This document shows, one piece after another, positions 39,213 to 49,272 of a DNA stretch of 64,000 nucleotides. The position numbers and the translations under genes are program-made. A model generated the notes under the pieces. That model saw nothing but the letters and a program-made list of their open reading frames with translations. It did no database searches and was not told the origin of the DNA. Where the stretch lies: NCBI GenBank assembly GCA_965208835.1, contig OZ242358.1, forward strand, positions 4,352,001 through 4,416,000, given 5' to 3'. The stretch's first letter is position 1. Each line of letters begins with the position of its first letter. Source of the stretch: Candidatus Latescibacterota bacterium (lineage in GTDB: Bacteria; Latescibacterota; UBA2968; GCA-2709665).

Positions 39213-41270
39213 TCATTCAATCGCCCTGCCGAATCCTGGAACGCCGGATTCGAATAGATACGCGACTTTCGCGAACACGGCTCGATTACCCGGCCTGCCA
39301 TCCACGAATACGAAGTAAAAGTGGCTTTCAGGAGTGAATTCGTAATCGAAAATGGCATTGAAACTAAGGGAATTTTCATCCCGCAACCGTTCCTCAATGC
39401 GTTCAATATAGATGCGCCAGCCGACCCTTCGAGTCAGTTGGTAGTTGCCGCGCAACCGGAATACAATCGTGTTGCGAATCGCGTCCCATGAAAGATAGCC
39501 GAGATCGACATCCACAGTCGTTCTTTCCAATAGGTTGAGACCTGCGGAGAAACTCGAATATCGGCTGATTTCGCCTCGACGAAACCCGATTCGACCAAAT
39601 GTGCTCAGGTGCCAACGCTGCGCCGTATAATTCAACTCTGAGCCAAGAAACCTGGTGTCGAAGAGTTCACCGACTTCGCGAAGGGCGCCGAATCCACCGA
39701 ACGTCGCGAAGTCAATCCGGCCGATTTCGACATTGAACCTGAACTCGTTACGCCGTTCCCTCAACAGCTTGTCTGCATCGGTTTGATATGCGTGGTACAT
39801 CTCAGCCGTCAATGACCGCACGAGACTCGTCTCCGAAAACCCGTAACTGTATCTTGTGCGTACACGTTTGCGATGGAATGCGTCATCTTCAAGTCCGATC
39901 TCGTTGGGACGAAAGCCGTCCTGGATTTCTTCAACCCCGATTTGGGCCATCCAACCTTCATGGACCCACGTCAGTGCCTGGTGGTACGCGCTATGGGTTT
40001 GACCACCAACGGAATTCACGGCAAATTGGGACGTTGCAGTCAAGTCTCGACCAAATCCAAATCGACCGTTGAGAGACAAAAGCAACACGTCTCTGTCTTC
40101 CTGGTGTTTCTGCACTCCCATGAACCCGACGACCGTACGTTCGCCAATGTCGTAGTTGGCACGACCGGCCAGGAGATTCGCCTGCTTTTTGTTATCCCCA
40201 TCGTATCGGTCTATCATCTTTCCGTAAGTGTTGATCACGGCGAAATTCGCTGCGCGCAATCTGCCGGCTACTTTCGTCCCTATGTCGATTTCCTGAACGC
40301 GGCGCGTATAATACAGGTTCAGGGGCAACTTGAACAGTTCGGCGCCCTCCCGGTAAAATGGCCTGCGTTCCGGCAGTGACAGCTCCCTGTCGCTAACTAT
40401 GTTGATTCGGGTCGGGTCACTTTCCAACTGAGAAAAGTCGGGGTTGAACGTCACATTCGAAGTGAGGTGTGTCGAGACCGGTACAATAAAGTCCAGGCCA
40501 CCGTCGAAATCATCCTGACCGTCATCTATCGCACGATAAGTGGCGTAGGGTAGAATGCCGATTTTCGGTTCAATGCCGATCTTTCCAAGATTCAATCCGG
40601 TCAGATCACCGAACTCGGACACACGACCGAAAAATGCGGAAGGCGCCCAGGAATAGGATTGACCGCTAATCGGATGCGTCCTCCAGAAGTTGATTCCCCA
40701 CGTCGCATTGTGCGGGTCAAACCGGAGCACTCGAAACGGGATCGAGAATTCGGCGGTCCATCCGTTGCGGTGTTTTCTTACCTTCGATTCCCAAACGGCA
40801 TCCCAACTCAGGTCGAAGACACTCTCATTGCTTATCCGTTCGTCCATCTGCGTGCCAAGTGTGTTTGTCGCGAAAACGTAACAATTGCGCCGGTCTCGAT
40901 AGGTATCCAGCATCACTTCCACGCAGTCATTATGCCAGATACGAGAATCACGTCGGGTCATTGTTTCCCGCAGATTCGCCATATCCGGTTCTTCACAGTA
41001 TATGCCGATATAGAGCGCCTCTTCGTCGTACAATATCCTGACTTCAGTTTTCAGACGCGACGGGTGAATACTTCCCTCCTTTATACGGAAGAAACCGGTC
41101 GCAATGCGTGCTTGCTGCCATACGGCGTCGGAAAGCTCGCCATCTATAACCGGTGCGGTTTTCACCCTGACCGCCTGGGCGACCCGGGTCCGGTGCTGAT
41201 CATCGGCGCCCAATGACACCGGCATCAGCAACGTCACAACGACGCCGCAAATGTGTAATCGCTTTTTCAT
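39213..41270 (-). CDS. CBM9-like sugar-binding domain plus DUF5916 beta-barrel protein
   Basis: Signal peptide MKKRL.., APVIDGELSD.VW, WTAEFSIPF, NPDFSQLESD, PERRPF..EG. Confidence 0.85.
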   Translation of the reverse strand: MKKRLHICGVVVTLLMPVSLGADDQHRTRVAQAVRVKTAPVIDGELSDAVWQQARIATGFFRIKEGSIHPSRLKTEVRILYDEEALYIGIYCEEPDMANLRETMTRRDSRIWHNDCVEVMLDTYRDRRNCYVFATNTLGTQMDERISNESVFDLSWDAVWESKVRKHRNGWTAEFSIPFRVLRFDPHNATWGINFWRTHPISGQSYSWAPSAFFGRVSEFGDLTGLNLGKIGIEPKIGILPYATYRAIDDGQDDFDGGLDFIVPVSTHLTSNVTFNPDFSQLESDPTRINIVSDRELSLPERRPFYREGAELFKLPLNLYYTRRVQEIDIGTKVAGRLRAANFAVINTYGKMIDRYDGDNKKQANLLAGRANYDIGERTVVGFMGVQKHQEDRDVLLLSLNGRFGFGRDLTATSQFAVNSVGGQTHSAYHQALTWVHEGWMAQIGVEEIQDGFRPNEIGLEDDAFHRKRVRTRYSYGFSETSLVRSLTAEMYHAYQTDADKLLRERRNEFRFNVEIGRIDFATFGGFGALREVGELFDTRFLGSELNYTAQRWHLSTFGRIGFRRGEISRYSSFSAGLNLLERTTVDVDLGYLSWDAIRNTIVFRLRGNYQLTRRVGWRIYIERIEERLRDENSLSFNAIFDYEFTPESHFYFVFVDGRPGNRAVFAKVAYLFESGVPGFGRAIE

Positions 41271-41394
41271 CGTGAGATACGGTTCAATCGCATTATCCTC
41301 CAAGTGGACGACTGTAAGGGTTTCTATCGGCCGATCCTCCGCACTTACACCCATCAGGATGCACTCCGGTAGGCCCGTCAAAACACAGAAAAAA

Positions 41395-41420
41395 AACAGG
41401 GCGACCACAAGGGTCGCCCA
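41395..41420 (-). repeat. REP-like palindrome, copy 2, probable terminator
   Basis: Same 26-mer as 39053-39078, followed by a T8 run on the minus strand, 30 nt after the AttH-like stop. Confidence 0.7.
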
Positions 41421-41449
41421 AACGCCAGAATGATATCTTTTCCGGATCG

Positions 41450-42607
41450 CTACAACCGCGGCCGGCTGCCCGTCCCGTACCCCACGAGTTCCACGTATCC
41501 CTGCCCAATCCGCTTCCCGTCACGGCCGGTGATTTCCACCGCGCCCTCCCAGTAGAACATCGACCTGATCAACGCGCTATGGTTTTCCTGGTCCGCCATC
41601 ACGGGCCGGATCGACATCCGCAGGTTCTCGGCGGGCAGCGCGACCTCCCAGCGCGAGGGGTAGACCGCATCCGTTTCCGGACTTTCCCAGGTCTCCGTCG
41701 CTCGAATGGAAAACGCTTCGGGCGCCAGATACCTGGCCTGCCCCGACGCCGAGACTATTGTACCGCCCGCGTAATCCGCGGCGCCGGTGGTATCCCGCAG
41801 CACGTACATCATCACCTCGCGGCCGTCGTCCAGCTGCAGGCTGAACCAGTCCCACCCCACCTGATGGGCTTCCAGCTGGTTCGACCCGAACTCCTTGTCC
41901 ATCCAGCTCCGACCCGTTACCGCCAGCCGCTCGCCGCCCAGCCTGATCTCGCCCGTTGTGGCAAGCCGGGTAAAGCTGTAATACTGGCTGGCCGCGGCCT
42001 CGGCATTGCCTTTTCTGCTGAATCCGTTCGGCCCCTGGAAGATCATCTCTTTTTCGGGCCGGGTCGAAAGCGAGAAAGCCATAGGCTGCCGGCTGTCGGT
42101 CATCGCGAAATCGAAACCGGATCCGTTCCACCTCAACGTCCATAGCGCGTCGGTACCCGCCGGCGCCCGGCTCCATGCGATCAGCGTGTCCGGATACTGG
42201 CCAAACCCACCGAGCAGGGGCGTGATCCGGTAGATTACCTCGCTGAAGTGATGGCGTCGCGACTCGAGATCGCCGATGGCCGCGTGGCCCATGATCACAT
42301 TGCCGGCCGCCCATTCCGAGGCCAGCGAGGGACGCTGCGGCAACATTCCAACCCTGAAGAAGGTGAACTGGTACCCGAAGCGGCGCCCGTCCTCCGATGT
42401 CAGATGCCCCGTAAAATACCACCATTCCGTCTTGTACCCGTCACGCGCCCAGTGGTCGCGCGGGAAGGCCCACGGATAGTCCGGACGGGCGGCCTTCCAC
42501 TCCCCGGAGTGGACCGCGGGGGCGGTCGCAAGCAGGCAAAAAGCGAGCGCAACCCGCAATCTCTCAAGCCAGTAGCGGGCGCGCTCCGTTTTCAGGATCG
42601 ATTTCAC
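41450..42607 (-). CDS. AttH/CrtC-like lipocalin-fold secreted protein
   Basis: FPRDH, EWWYFTG, SQYYS, WMDKEF, GWDWFSLQL, YWEG, GYVEL.GY. Confidence 0.88.
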   Translation of the reverse strand: MKSILKTERARYWLERLRVALAFCLLATAPAVHSGEWKAARPDYPWAFPRDHWARDGYKTEWWYFTGHLTSEDGRRFGYQFTFFRVGMLPQRPSLASEWAAGNVIMGHAAIGDLESRRHHFSEVIYRITPLLGGFGQYPDTLIAWSRAPAGTDALWTLRWNGSGFDFAMTDSRQPMAFSLSTRPEKEMIFQGPNGFSRKGNAEAAASQYYSFTRLATTGEIRLGGERLAVTGRSWMDKEFGSNQLEAHQVGWDWFSLQLDDGREVMMYVLRDTTGAADYAGGTIVSASGQARYLAPEAFSIRATETWESPETDAVYPSRWEVALPAENLRMSIRPVMADQENHSALIRSMFYWEGAVEITGRDGKRIGQGYVELVGYGTGSRPRL

Positions 42608-42715
42608 GATTCGAGCGATTCGTCCTCCGGGGGTTCTTCGAGATTTGCCCTCACGACGACGTTGCCCGCGATAAAATCGTGGATAGCCGGGTTTTTAAAG
42701 ATTCCTGCAGTTTAC

Positions 42716-44173
42716 TCATTTGGATCCTCCTGGCACCAGACCACCGAAGCCTTCACGACCCTGCCGGAAGAGCTCCCGGACGTCTTCGCGCTGCCGGTCC
42801 GTGTTGTAACGGCCCCAGGTATCGATCCATTTCAGCGAGTCGTCTATACCGTTCAGGAAATATTGCGCGGATTCGTCTCGCTCGGCGGGGGGACGGCCGC
42901 ACGAGAAATAGACCGGGCTGCTGTGGGCGTAGATGGACTGGCCAAAGCTGTCGCGCCCGTCGCCCCAGAGCCGCGCGGCGATCCACCCGTCCCTGTCGAC
43001 GTCCACGCGATGGCGGACGGCTCCGGCGCGTTTACCTTCGGCATCGTTCTCCGCGTGGATGACGCGGCCATTCATCACAACTTCCACGCGATGGACCGGA
43101 TAGAAGGAACTGAAGCTGGCTTCGATATCGAGCGCGCCGCCGGAGGGCAGCCGGACCGTGGATCCCATCGGCTGATCGTTGACGGTCAGATCGACGGCGG
43201 GGCCGTTGGTGATGAAGGTGTTGCCCGCCTTCATACCGGCGATCCAGTTCTCGTAGGAAAACGCGTCGCTGGTGTTGACGTACACGCGGTTGTTTGAGCA
43301 GACGAACCAGTCCGTGCCGGTGGACGCGGGCAGGCGGATGCCGCAGTTGAGGAGCTTGTACCAGAGGTCGTATTCGGGGTCCATCCAGAAGGGATCGAAC
43401 AGGTTGAAGGCATCCAGTTTCCCGAGCACCGCAGCGACCGGCGCCTCCATGCCCCGGCCGTTGTGGCACCAGATGACGATACCGCCCTGGTCTCGCGCTT
43501 CGTCGCAGCAGAAGCAGAGGGGTGGATAGTCCGGGTCGAACTGGGCGGTAAGGATGTGGCCGCGGCTGACGGGCTGGACGATATTGCGGATGTTGAGAAA
43601 CATCACGTGTCCGTACCCGAAGCCCCAGGGCGAGTTCTCGCCGTAGTGGCGGTTCTCTTCGCCGATGTCCAGGACGTGATGCGCGGTGGTGAATTCGTTC
43701 ATCACGCCGATGGGATACTTGTTGCTGGCGTAGGGGAGTTGCCTCCTGTCCAGAACACTGACGACGGTCACGTTGTAGCCTTCGACGCTGGAGTCGATGG
43801 CCAGCCGGTCGTCCGGCCGCGATTCTTTTTCGTCGTAGTGGATGTGGGTGTTGCCAGGGTACCAGTTGTTCTCCTGCGGGAAATACCATCGGTTGAGGAC
43901 GATTTCGACGTCTCTCGCGCCGTGTTCGGGCATGTCGACGACCGTTCGCCGGGGCTCGTATTCCGTCCCTCGTTCCACCAGGACGTCGGTACGCCCGCGG
44001 CCCCCCCGGACCTCGAAATCCCCGTCGCAGAAGAAGAACGCCGTTCCCGGGCCCCGCTTCAGCACGGCCTCGGGAGGATGCGCAAAACGGCCGTCGGAGG
44101 TCAGCACGTGGACCTTGGCGTCGATCCGCTCGCCGGTCGCGCCGTCGATGATATGTCCTCTCAGGATGCCCAT
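42716..44173 (-). CDS. CehA/McbA-family (PHP-like) metallohydrolase
   Basis: WYPGNTHIH, GEE, GH, WCH, ASTGTD, G.TFITNGP, AHSSPVY. Confidence 0.8.
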   Translation of the reverse strand: MGILRGHIIDGATGERIDAKVHVLTSDGRFAHPPEAVLKRGPGTAFFFCDGDFEVRGGRGRTDVLVERGTEYEPRRTVVDMPEHGARDVEIVLNRWYFPQENNWYPGNTHIHYDEKESRPDDRLAIDSSVEGYNVTVVSVLDRRQLPYASNKYPIGVMNEFTTAHHVLDIGEENRHYGENSPWGFGYGHVMFLNIRNIVQPVSRGHILTAQFDPDYPPLCFCCDEARDQGGIVIWCHNGRGMEAPVAAVLGKLDAFNLFDPFWMDPEYDLWYKLLNCGIRLPASTGTDWFVCSNNRVYVNTSDAFSYENWIAGMKAGNTFITNGPAVDLTVNDQPMGSTVRLPSGGALDIEASFSSFYPVHRVEVVMNGRVIHAENDAEGKRAGAVRHRVDVDRDGWIAARLWGDGRDSFGQSIYAHSSPVYFSCGRPPAERDESAQYFLNGIDDSLKWIDTWGRYNTDRQREDVRELFRQGREGFGGLVPGGSK

Positions 44174-44389
44174 AAAGAACTCCGGGGTTGGAATTTCATA
44201 TCATAAAGGCGCCTATTGCCCTCATCGACCGAAGACGAATCCATGCAGGTTCACTTCACACAGCCGGCGTCGAACGGCACATGCGCCACCAGCGGGCGAC
44301 CGGCCGGTCGCCCCTGCAAATGCAATGAAGGTACAACGAGGCCAGGATGCCCTCGATCCGGGGGAAGAGGTCTCGTCTGTTGGCTTCCA

Positions 44390-45652
44390 TCAGCCTTCGT
44401 CCCCCGACGCCTCTCCCGTCGCTTCCTGGAATTCGGCGATCCATTTTTCGGCGTCTTCCCCGTTATAGGTTCCAATGACCGCGCCGCTGTGTTCCGGAAG
44501 CTCATAGGATGCCGTCTTGCCGACGTGTGGCGTCAACTTTTCACGCAGGGTGTTTGCCGTTTCGTGGTACATTCCGTCCAGAATGGATTCCATCTCCTCC
44601 AACGCCAATCCGCCGCTGAAAATCGCTCCGCTCAGGTCGGTCTCTTCGCCGACGGACTGCGTCACGCGCTCCGAGAATGAGTCCGGGTAATCCACGTGAC
44701 TCCTCACGCCCTGAAACTGCGCCTCGGTGAGGTCCGCACCCTGAAGATTCGCATCCACAATGAAGGCACCCTGAAGATGCGCGCGTCCCAGCGTTGTGCC
44801 GCGCAGCATCGAACGGGCGAGATCGGCGCCATGCAGATTTGCCCGGGAAAGGCTCGCGGCGTCGAGTCGCGCCCCCACCAGGTCCGCGCCCTGCAGCTTC
44901 GCCCATGAAAGGCCGGCCACCTGCAGGTGCGCCCACGACAGGTCCGCACCCTGGAGTTGCGCCCCCACCAGGTCCGCGCCCTGCAGATTCGCCTCAGCAA
45001 GATTGGCGCTGCACAGATACGCGGCACAGAGTGTCGCTCCGTTCAACCAGCTTCCCTGCAGGTCGATGCGAAGCCCTTTGCAGATCTCGCCAGGCGATGC
45101 GAACAGCAGGTTAAGCAGGCTCTGGACCTCATCTGAAGGTTTCGACCTGTGCCTCCTCCGGTACGTGTCCTGTTCCGTGGTGCGGCGGATATGAGAGCAG
45201 AGAATGTCCAACACTGGCTGTCGTAACGCTTCCGTATCCTGCGCGAGGTGGAAGAGTTCGTAGGCGCCGCCCAGGCGTACGGCTACTGACTCGTGCCCCA
45301 TGTGTTCGACGCCGTAATGCAGGCGTTGATGCCTCCGTCCCAGTTCGGCGCCGTGGCTCGCCCGTGCCTGCTCCGCAGTGGCCCTGGCCTGCTCTACCGC
45401 CGACTCGGCCTGTGCTCTTGCGACCGATTCCATTTCTCTGGCGCGTTTGTAGGACATCAGGGCGTTCAGCGCAACCAGGACACCGGCAGCGCCTATTCCC
45501 AGGAACTTAAACGTATCGGCTTTCTGGTCCATACCCAGAGCCGCGGACATGGAATATGCGGCCCCGGGTAAGAACAGGAAGCTCACGAATGCCCCCAACG
45601 CAAGCACGAGCAGGGCGATCAGAACGGTCTGCAGAACCAGGAAAAGATTCAT
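44390..45652 (-). CDS. Membrane-anchored pentapeptide-repeat protein
   Basis: Two N-terminal TM helices, VRLGGAYEL, DILCSHIR, tandem A(D/N)L..A.L.G repeats. Confidence 0.88.
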   Translation of the reverse strand: MNLFLVLQTVLIALLVLALGAFVSFLFLPGAAYSMSAALGMDQKADTFKFLGIGAAGVLVALNALMSYKRAREMESVARAQAESAVEQARATAEQARASHGAELGRRHQRLHYGVEHMGHESVAVRLGGAYELFHLAQDTEALRQPVLDILCSHIRRTTEQDTYRRRHRSKPSDEVQSLLNLLFASPGEICKGLRIDLQGSWLNGATLCAAYLCSANLAEANLQGADLVGAQLQGADLSWAHLQVAGLSWAKLQGADLVGARLDAASLSRANLHGADLARSMLRGTTLGRAHLQGAFIVDANLQGADLTEAQFQGVRSHVDYPDSFSERVTQSVGEETDLSGAIFSGGLALEEMESILDGMYHETANTLREKLTPHVGKTASYELPEHSGAVIGTYNGEDAEKWIAEFQEATGEASGDEG

Positions 45653-45816
45653 TGGGTCCTCCCTGTAAAGTGGCGGTATTCAGAATCGGGTTGAGATGTT
45701 GTCCCGCATCCCGGTCATGTCGGACGCGGAACCACGTGACAAATGCATCGCGGTCTCGGAAATATTCAGTCATATGCTGCCATTGGCAAACAGAATTCGC
45801 GGCACACCGCCCTGCC

Positions 45817-48348
45817 TCACACCATCAGATCGTCCCGGCCCAGTTCGGTTGCCGGGGTACGGCTGGCGCGCACTGCAGGGTAGAGACTGGCCAGAAAGGC
45901 CGCTCCGAGTATGGCTGCCACCTGCTGGAGAACGGGTCCCCAGGGCCAATAGACCTGTATGGTCCATCCGAAATACGCCCGGTTGATCTCGAAAACAAGC
46001 ACACCCGCGAGCAGCACGCCCCCCAGAAGTCCGAGCGCCAGGCCCAACAGTCCGAATCCCATGCCCTGGCCCAGAAACACCAGGAAGACCTGGCTGCGCT
46101 TCGCGCCGACCGCGCGATATAACGCCAACTCGGTTACCTGCTCCCGCACGAGTACCAGAAGCATCAGCATAATCCCGCAAACGGCAATCAGCAGGCTCAT
46201 ACCCTGCAGAATCCGGGTGACCAGAAACGTCTGGTCGAAAATCCGGAATACCTCGTCTCTCAGCCGGCGATTGCTGCGGATTTGCAGCGGCGCATCCGAA
46301 TACCGGGCTTTCAGGCCCTCTATGACCCTGTCCCCGTCCCAACCCGGCTTGAGGAATAGCGCCGCGCCGTTGACCGGACCGGGGCCGAAGGTGGTCTCCA
46401 GTGTTTTCAGGTCCATGACGACCGCGCCGCCGCCAGTATGGTAGTCGTAATACACACCTGCCACGGCAAACCGGACCTCCCCCTCCGGTCCGGAAACCGG
46501 GATTTGGTCACCAGCCCACGCATCGATCCCGCGCGCAAGCGTTTCTCCCACAAGAACCGCGGACTCCTCCCGCACTCGTCGGAACGCCCCATCCACGTTT
46601 CCGTCGAGCAGCGGAAAACGCACCTCGCCCCCTGGAAGCGCCATGTCAACCCCGGCCAGTCCAATCTGACGGTCGCCGGACCAGGCGGGGAAGCCGCGGA
46701 GGCGGTCCACCATCGCTACGCCCGGGTGACCCGCCAGAGAATCCACGAGTTCATCACTCAGTGTACCCTCGTTTCCGCGCCCCCGCCAGGAAGCGGGCGA
46801 AATATAAACGTCCGCGCGGACCGACGCGTTGACCCACACCTCCATCGTCCGCCGGAAACTTCCGATCATCAGCGTGATGCCCACCAGCATGCTGACGGCG
46901 ATGGCCAGAGACGCCACCGCGAACGACGTCGTCCGGATCCGGACGCCCAGCGCCCTCAGGCTGTACCCTGGCCCGAATCCCCTTACGCGCACCCGGCCGC
47001 AAACCTGGCTGATCGTAAACGGCGCGCACAGCGGCAGTCCGATGAGGAGCGCCACACACAGCACGAACCCCGCGTGTTTCCATTCCCGTCCCCATCCGAA
47101 GTACCACACGCCAGCCGACGCGAAAATACACATGCCCGCCGAAAAAAGGCGCAATACCAGCGACCCCGTATGCTCCTGAAGCGGCACTGACGAAAGCAGG
47201 GCACGTGTATCCCGTCGACTCATGTCCAGCGCGGGCGCCAGCGCGCCCGCCAGCGCGCCGCCCATCCCGATCGCCACGCCCAGCCCGTACAGCCACCCCG
47301 GCAGCGTCAGGGATGAGATTTCCTCCAGCAGGTAGAGATTGGTGAGCGTCGCGCTCACAAGCTCCATGTTCGCCTCGGCGGCCCAATACCCCAACGGCAG
47401 CCCGAGCAGCACCCCCACCGCCCCCAGAAGCGCCACCTCCCCCAGTATCAGCGCAAGGACCTGAACTCGTGTTGCGCCAAGAGAGCGCAGGAGTCCGAAC
47501 TCCGCCCGCCGCCGTATCAGCCCCGCCTGCGTGCTGCTGTACACCAGAAACAATCCAACGAACAGGCTGATCAGGCTCATCGCCGTGAGATTCAGCCTGA
47601 ACGCGGCAAGCAGTCCCTCAGCCTGCTCCGACCGCTGGCCGGGCGTCGCCACGCGCACCCCGGGTCCAAGCCTTTCCTGCAAACGCCTTCGGACGCTGGC
47701 GGCTTTGGCGCCCCGGGCCACCCGCACGTCTATCTGATGCAGCTCGCCCTTCCTCCCTGTCAGCGCCTGCGCCTGCGCGATATCCATCACCACCAGCTTC
47801 CGGCTGGCGACCGGGCTCAGCGCCTGGAAGTCCACCAGCGCCCCCACGCGCAGCCGCACCCTCCGCACCCCGCTGTGCACTTCGAACGTATCGCCCACGG
47901 CCCAGCCGAACCGCTTTGCCAGGTCCGGCGTTACCGCGCTCCAGCCGTCTCCCGCGAGCGCGGCCGGAAGATCGCCGGGGTCGCCCCGCCATGGGATCCG
48001 CATCGGCGTGAAAAAATCGACCCCCAGAACCTCGAGGTAAAACCGCTCCCGGCCCGCCAGCACCACGTCCGTGCGGTACAACGGCCACGCCGCCGCCACA
48101 CCCTCAACCGACAGCACTTCGGGGTACAAATATTCCGGAAACGCCGGCGTCTTTCCCAGCACGCTCAAGTCCGCCTCCCCGCTTACCGCCCGCACGGTCC
48201 CTTCGAACGCGGCCAGCGCATTGAAATTCACAATCTGAATGGAGAGCACCGAAGCAACGCCCAGCGCCACCCCGAATACGGTCAGGAAATAGAGGCTGCC
48301 CCCCGCACGAAGATGGGCGCCCAGCGATTTAGCGAAGTATCGGATCAA
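45817..48348 (-). CDS. FtsX/MacB-like ABC transporter permease (AttF/G-like)
   Basis: Duplicated FtsX halves (LLRSLGAT, LYRAVGAK), VMDIAQAQ, AFRLNL.AMSL. Confidence 0.88.
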   Translation of the reverse strand: MIRYFAKSLGAHLRAGGSLYFLTVFGVALGVASVLSIQIVNFNALAAFEGTVRAVSGEADLSVLGKTPAFPEYLYPEVLSVEGVAAAWPLYRTDVVLAGRERFYLEVLGVDFFTPMRIPWRGDPGDLPAALAGDGWSAVTPDLAKRFGWAVGDTFEVHSGVRRVRLRVGALVDFQALSPVASRKLVVMDIAQAQALTGRKGELHQIDVRVARGAKAASVRRRLQERLGPGVRVATPGQRSEQAEGLLAAFRLNLTAMSLISLFVGLFLVYSSTQAGLIRRRAEFGLLRSLGATRVQVLALILGEVALLGAVGVLLGLPLGYWAAEANMELVSATLTNLYLLEEISSLTLPGWLYGLGVAIGMGGALAGALAPALDMSRRDTRALLSSVPLQEHTGSLVLRLFSAGMCIFASAGVWYFGWGREWKHAGFVLCVALLIGLPLCAPFTISQVCGRVRVRGFGPGYSLRALGVRIRTTSFAVASLAIAVSMLVGITLMIGSFRRTMEVWVNASVRADVYISPASWRGRGNEGTLSDELVDSLAGHPGVAMVDRLRGFPAWSGDRQIGLAGVDMALPGGEVRFPLLDGNVDGAFRRVREESAVLVGETLARGIDAWAGDQIPVSGPEGEVRFAVAGVYYDYHTGGGAVVMDLKTLETTFGPGPVNGAALFLKPGWDGDRVIEGLKARYSDAPLQIRSNRRLRDEVFRIFDQTFLVTRILQGMSLLIAVCGIMLMLLVLVREQVTELALYRAVGAKRSQVFLVFLGQGMGFGLLGLALGLLGGVLLAGVLVFEINRAYFGWTIQVYWPWGPVLQQVAAILGAAFLASLYPAVRASRTPATELGRDDLMV

Positions 48349-48408
48349 CGGAACGGCCCTGATCTGCCAAAAACAGTCAATATACGATGCGTTCGGCGCC
48401 CCGGGCGG

Positions 48409-49125
48409 TTACGCGGGGGCGTGCGGCGGGGACGGTAGGCTCAGCTCTCCGCTGTGCAGTTCCCAGACCTCGTCGGCCAACGCGGCGAATTCCCGGCTGT
48501 GGGTCACGTAGACCAGCGTCGCGCCCTCGTTTTCAACCAGGTCCATCATCATATTCATCACCCGCCGCCCGTTCTCGTCGTCCAGGTTGCCCGTGGGTTC
48601 ATCCGCCAGCAGCAATCCGGGCCGGCGCAACAGCGCCCGGCAGATGGCCACCCGCTGCTGCTCGCCCCCCGACAGCTTCTGCACCGGGTCACCGGCGCGG
48701 TCGGCCAGATCCACGCGCTCCAGCAGTTCCAGCACCCGAGGGCGGTACAACCCCGTCTTCTCCCCGGCGATCATCGCCGGCAGCGCGACGTTATCCGCCA
48801 CCGGCAGGTGCGGCATCAAATAGAAGAACTGAAAGATGAGCCCGATCTCGTCCCGGCGCAGCTTCGTTCGCGTATCTTCCGACAGCGTACTCAGGTCCCG
48901 TTGGCCGACTCTCACGACCCCTTCAGTTGGGACGTCGATACCGGCCGCCAGGTGCAACATGGTGGACTTCCCGCTCCCGCTCCGTCCCACAACCGCCACC
49001 CTCCGGCCCGGCTCCACGACAAACGAAACGCCGCGAAGCGCATATCGCAATCCGACGCCTGCATCGTAGGCCTTCGAAACGGCTTCAAACGAGAGCGCGT
49101 TTGCTATTTCGATTTTACCGTTCAT
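48409..49125 (-). CDS. ABC transporter ATP-binding protein (LolD/AttE-like)
   Basis: GRSGSGKS, LSGGEQQR, LLLADEPTGNLD, VTH. Confidence 0.92.
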   Translation of the reverse strand: MNGKIEIANALSFEAVSKAYDAGVGLRYALRGVSFVVEPGRRVAVVGRSGSGKSTMLHLAAGIDVPTEGVVRVGQRDLSTLSEDTRTKLRRDEIGLIFQFFYLMPHLPVADNVALPAMIAGEKTGLYRPRVLELLERVDLADRAGDPVQKLSGGEQQRVAICRALLRRPGLLLADEPTGNLDDENGRRVMNMMMDLVENEGATLVYVTHSREFAALADEVWELHSGELSLPSPPHAPA

Positions 49126-49272
49126 CAGGGCCGTATCGGGGAAGAACGCGAGGTGTCGCGGGTACACGACACTGGAGCGTGCAGATGGATTGCGTTTGCG
49201 ATCGCGGTTGTTTTCGCGTATCTATTTCAGCACAGATCGTAATGCTAATCTTCCTCCGGGGGCGTCCCTTCG

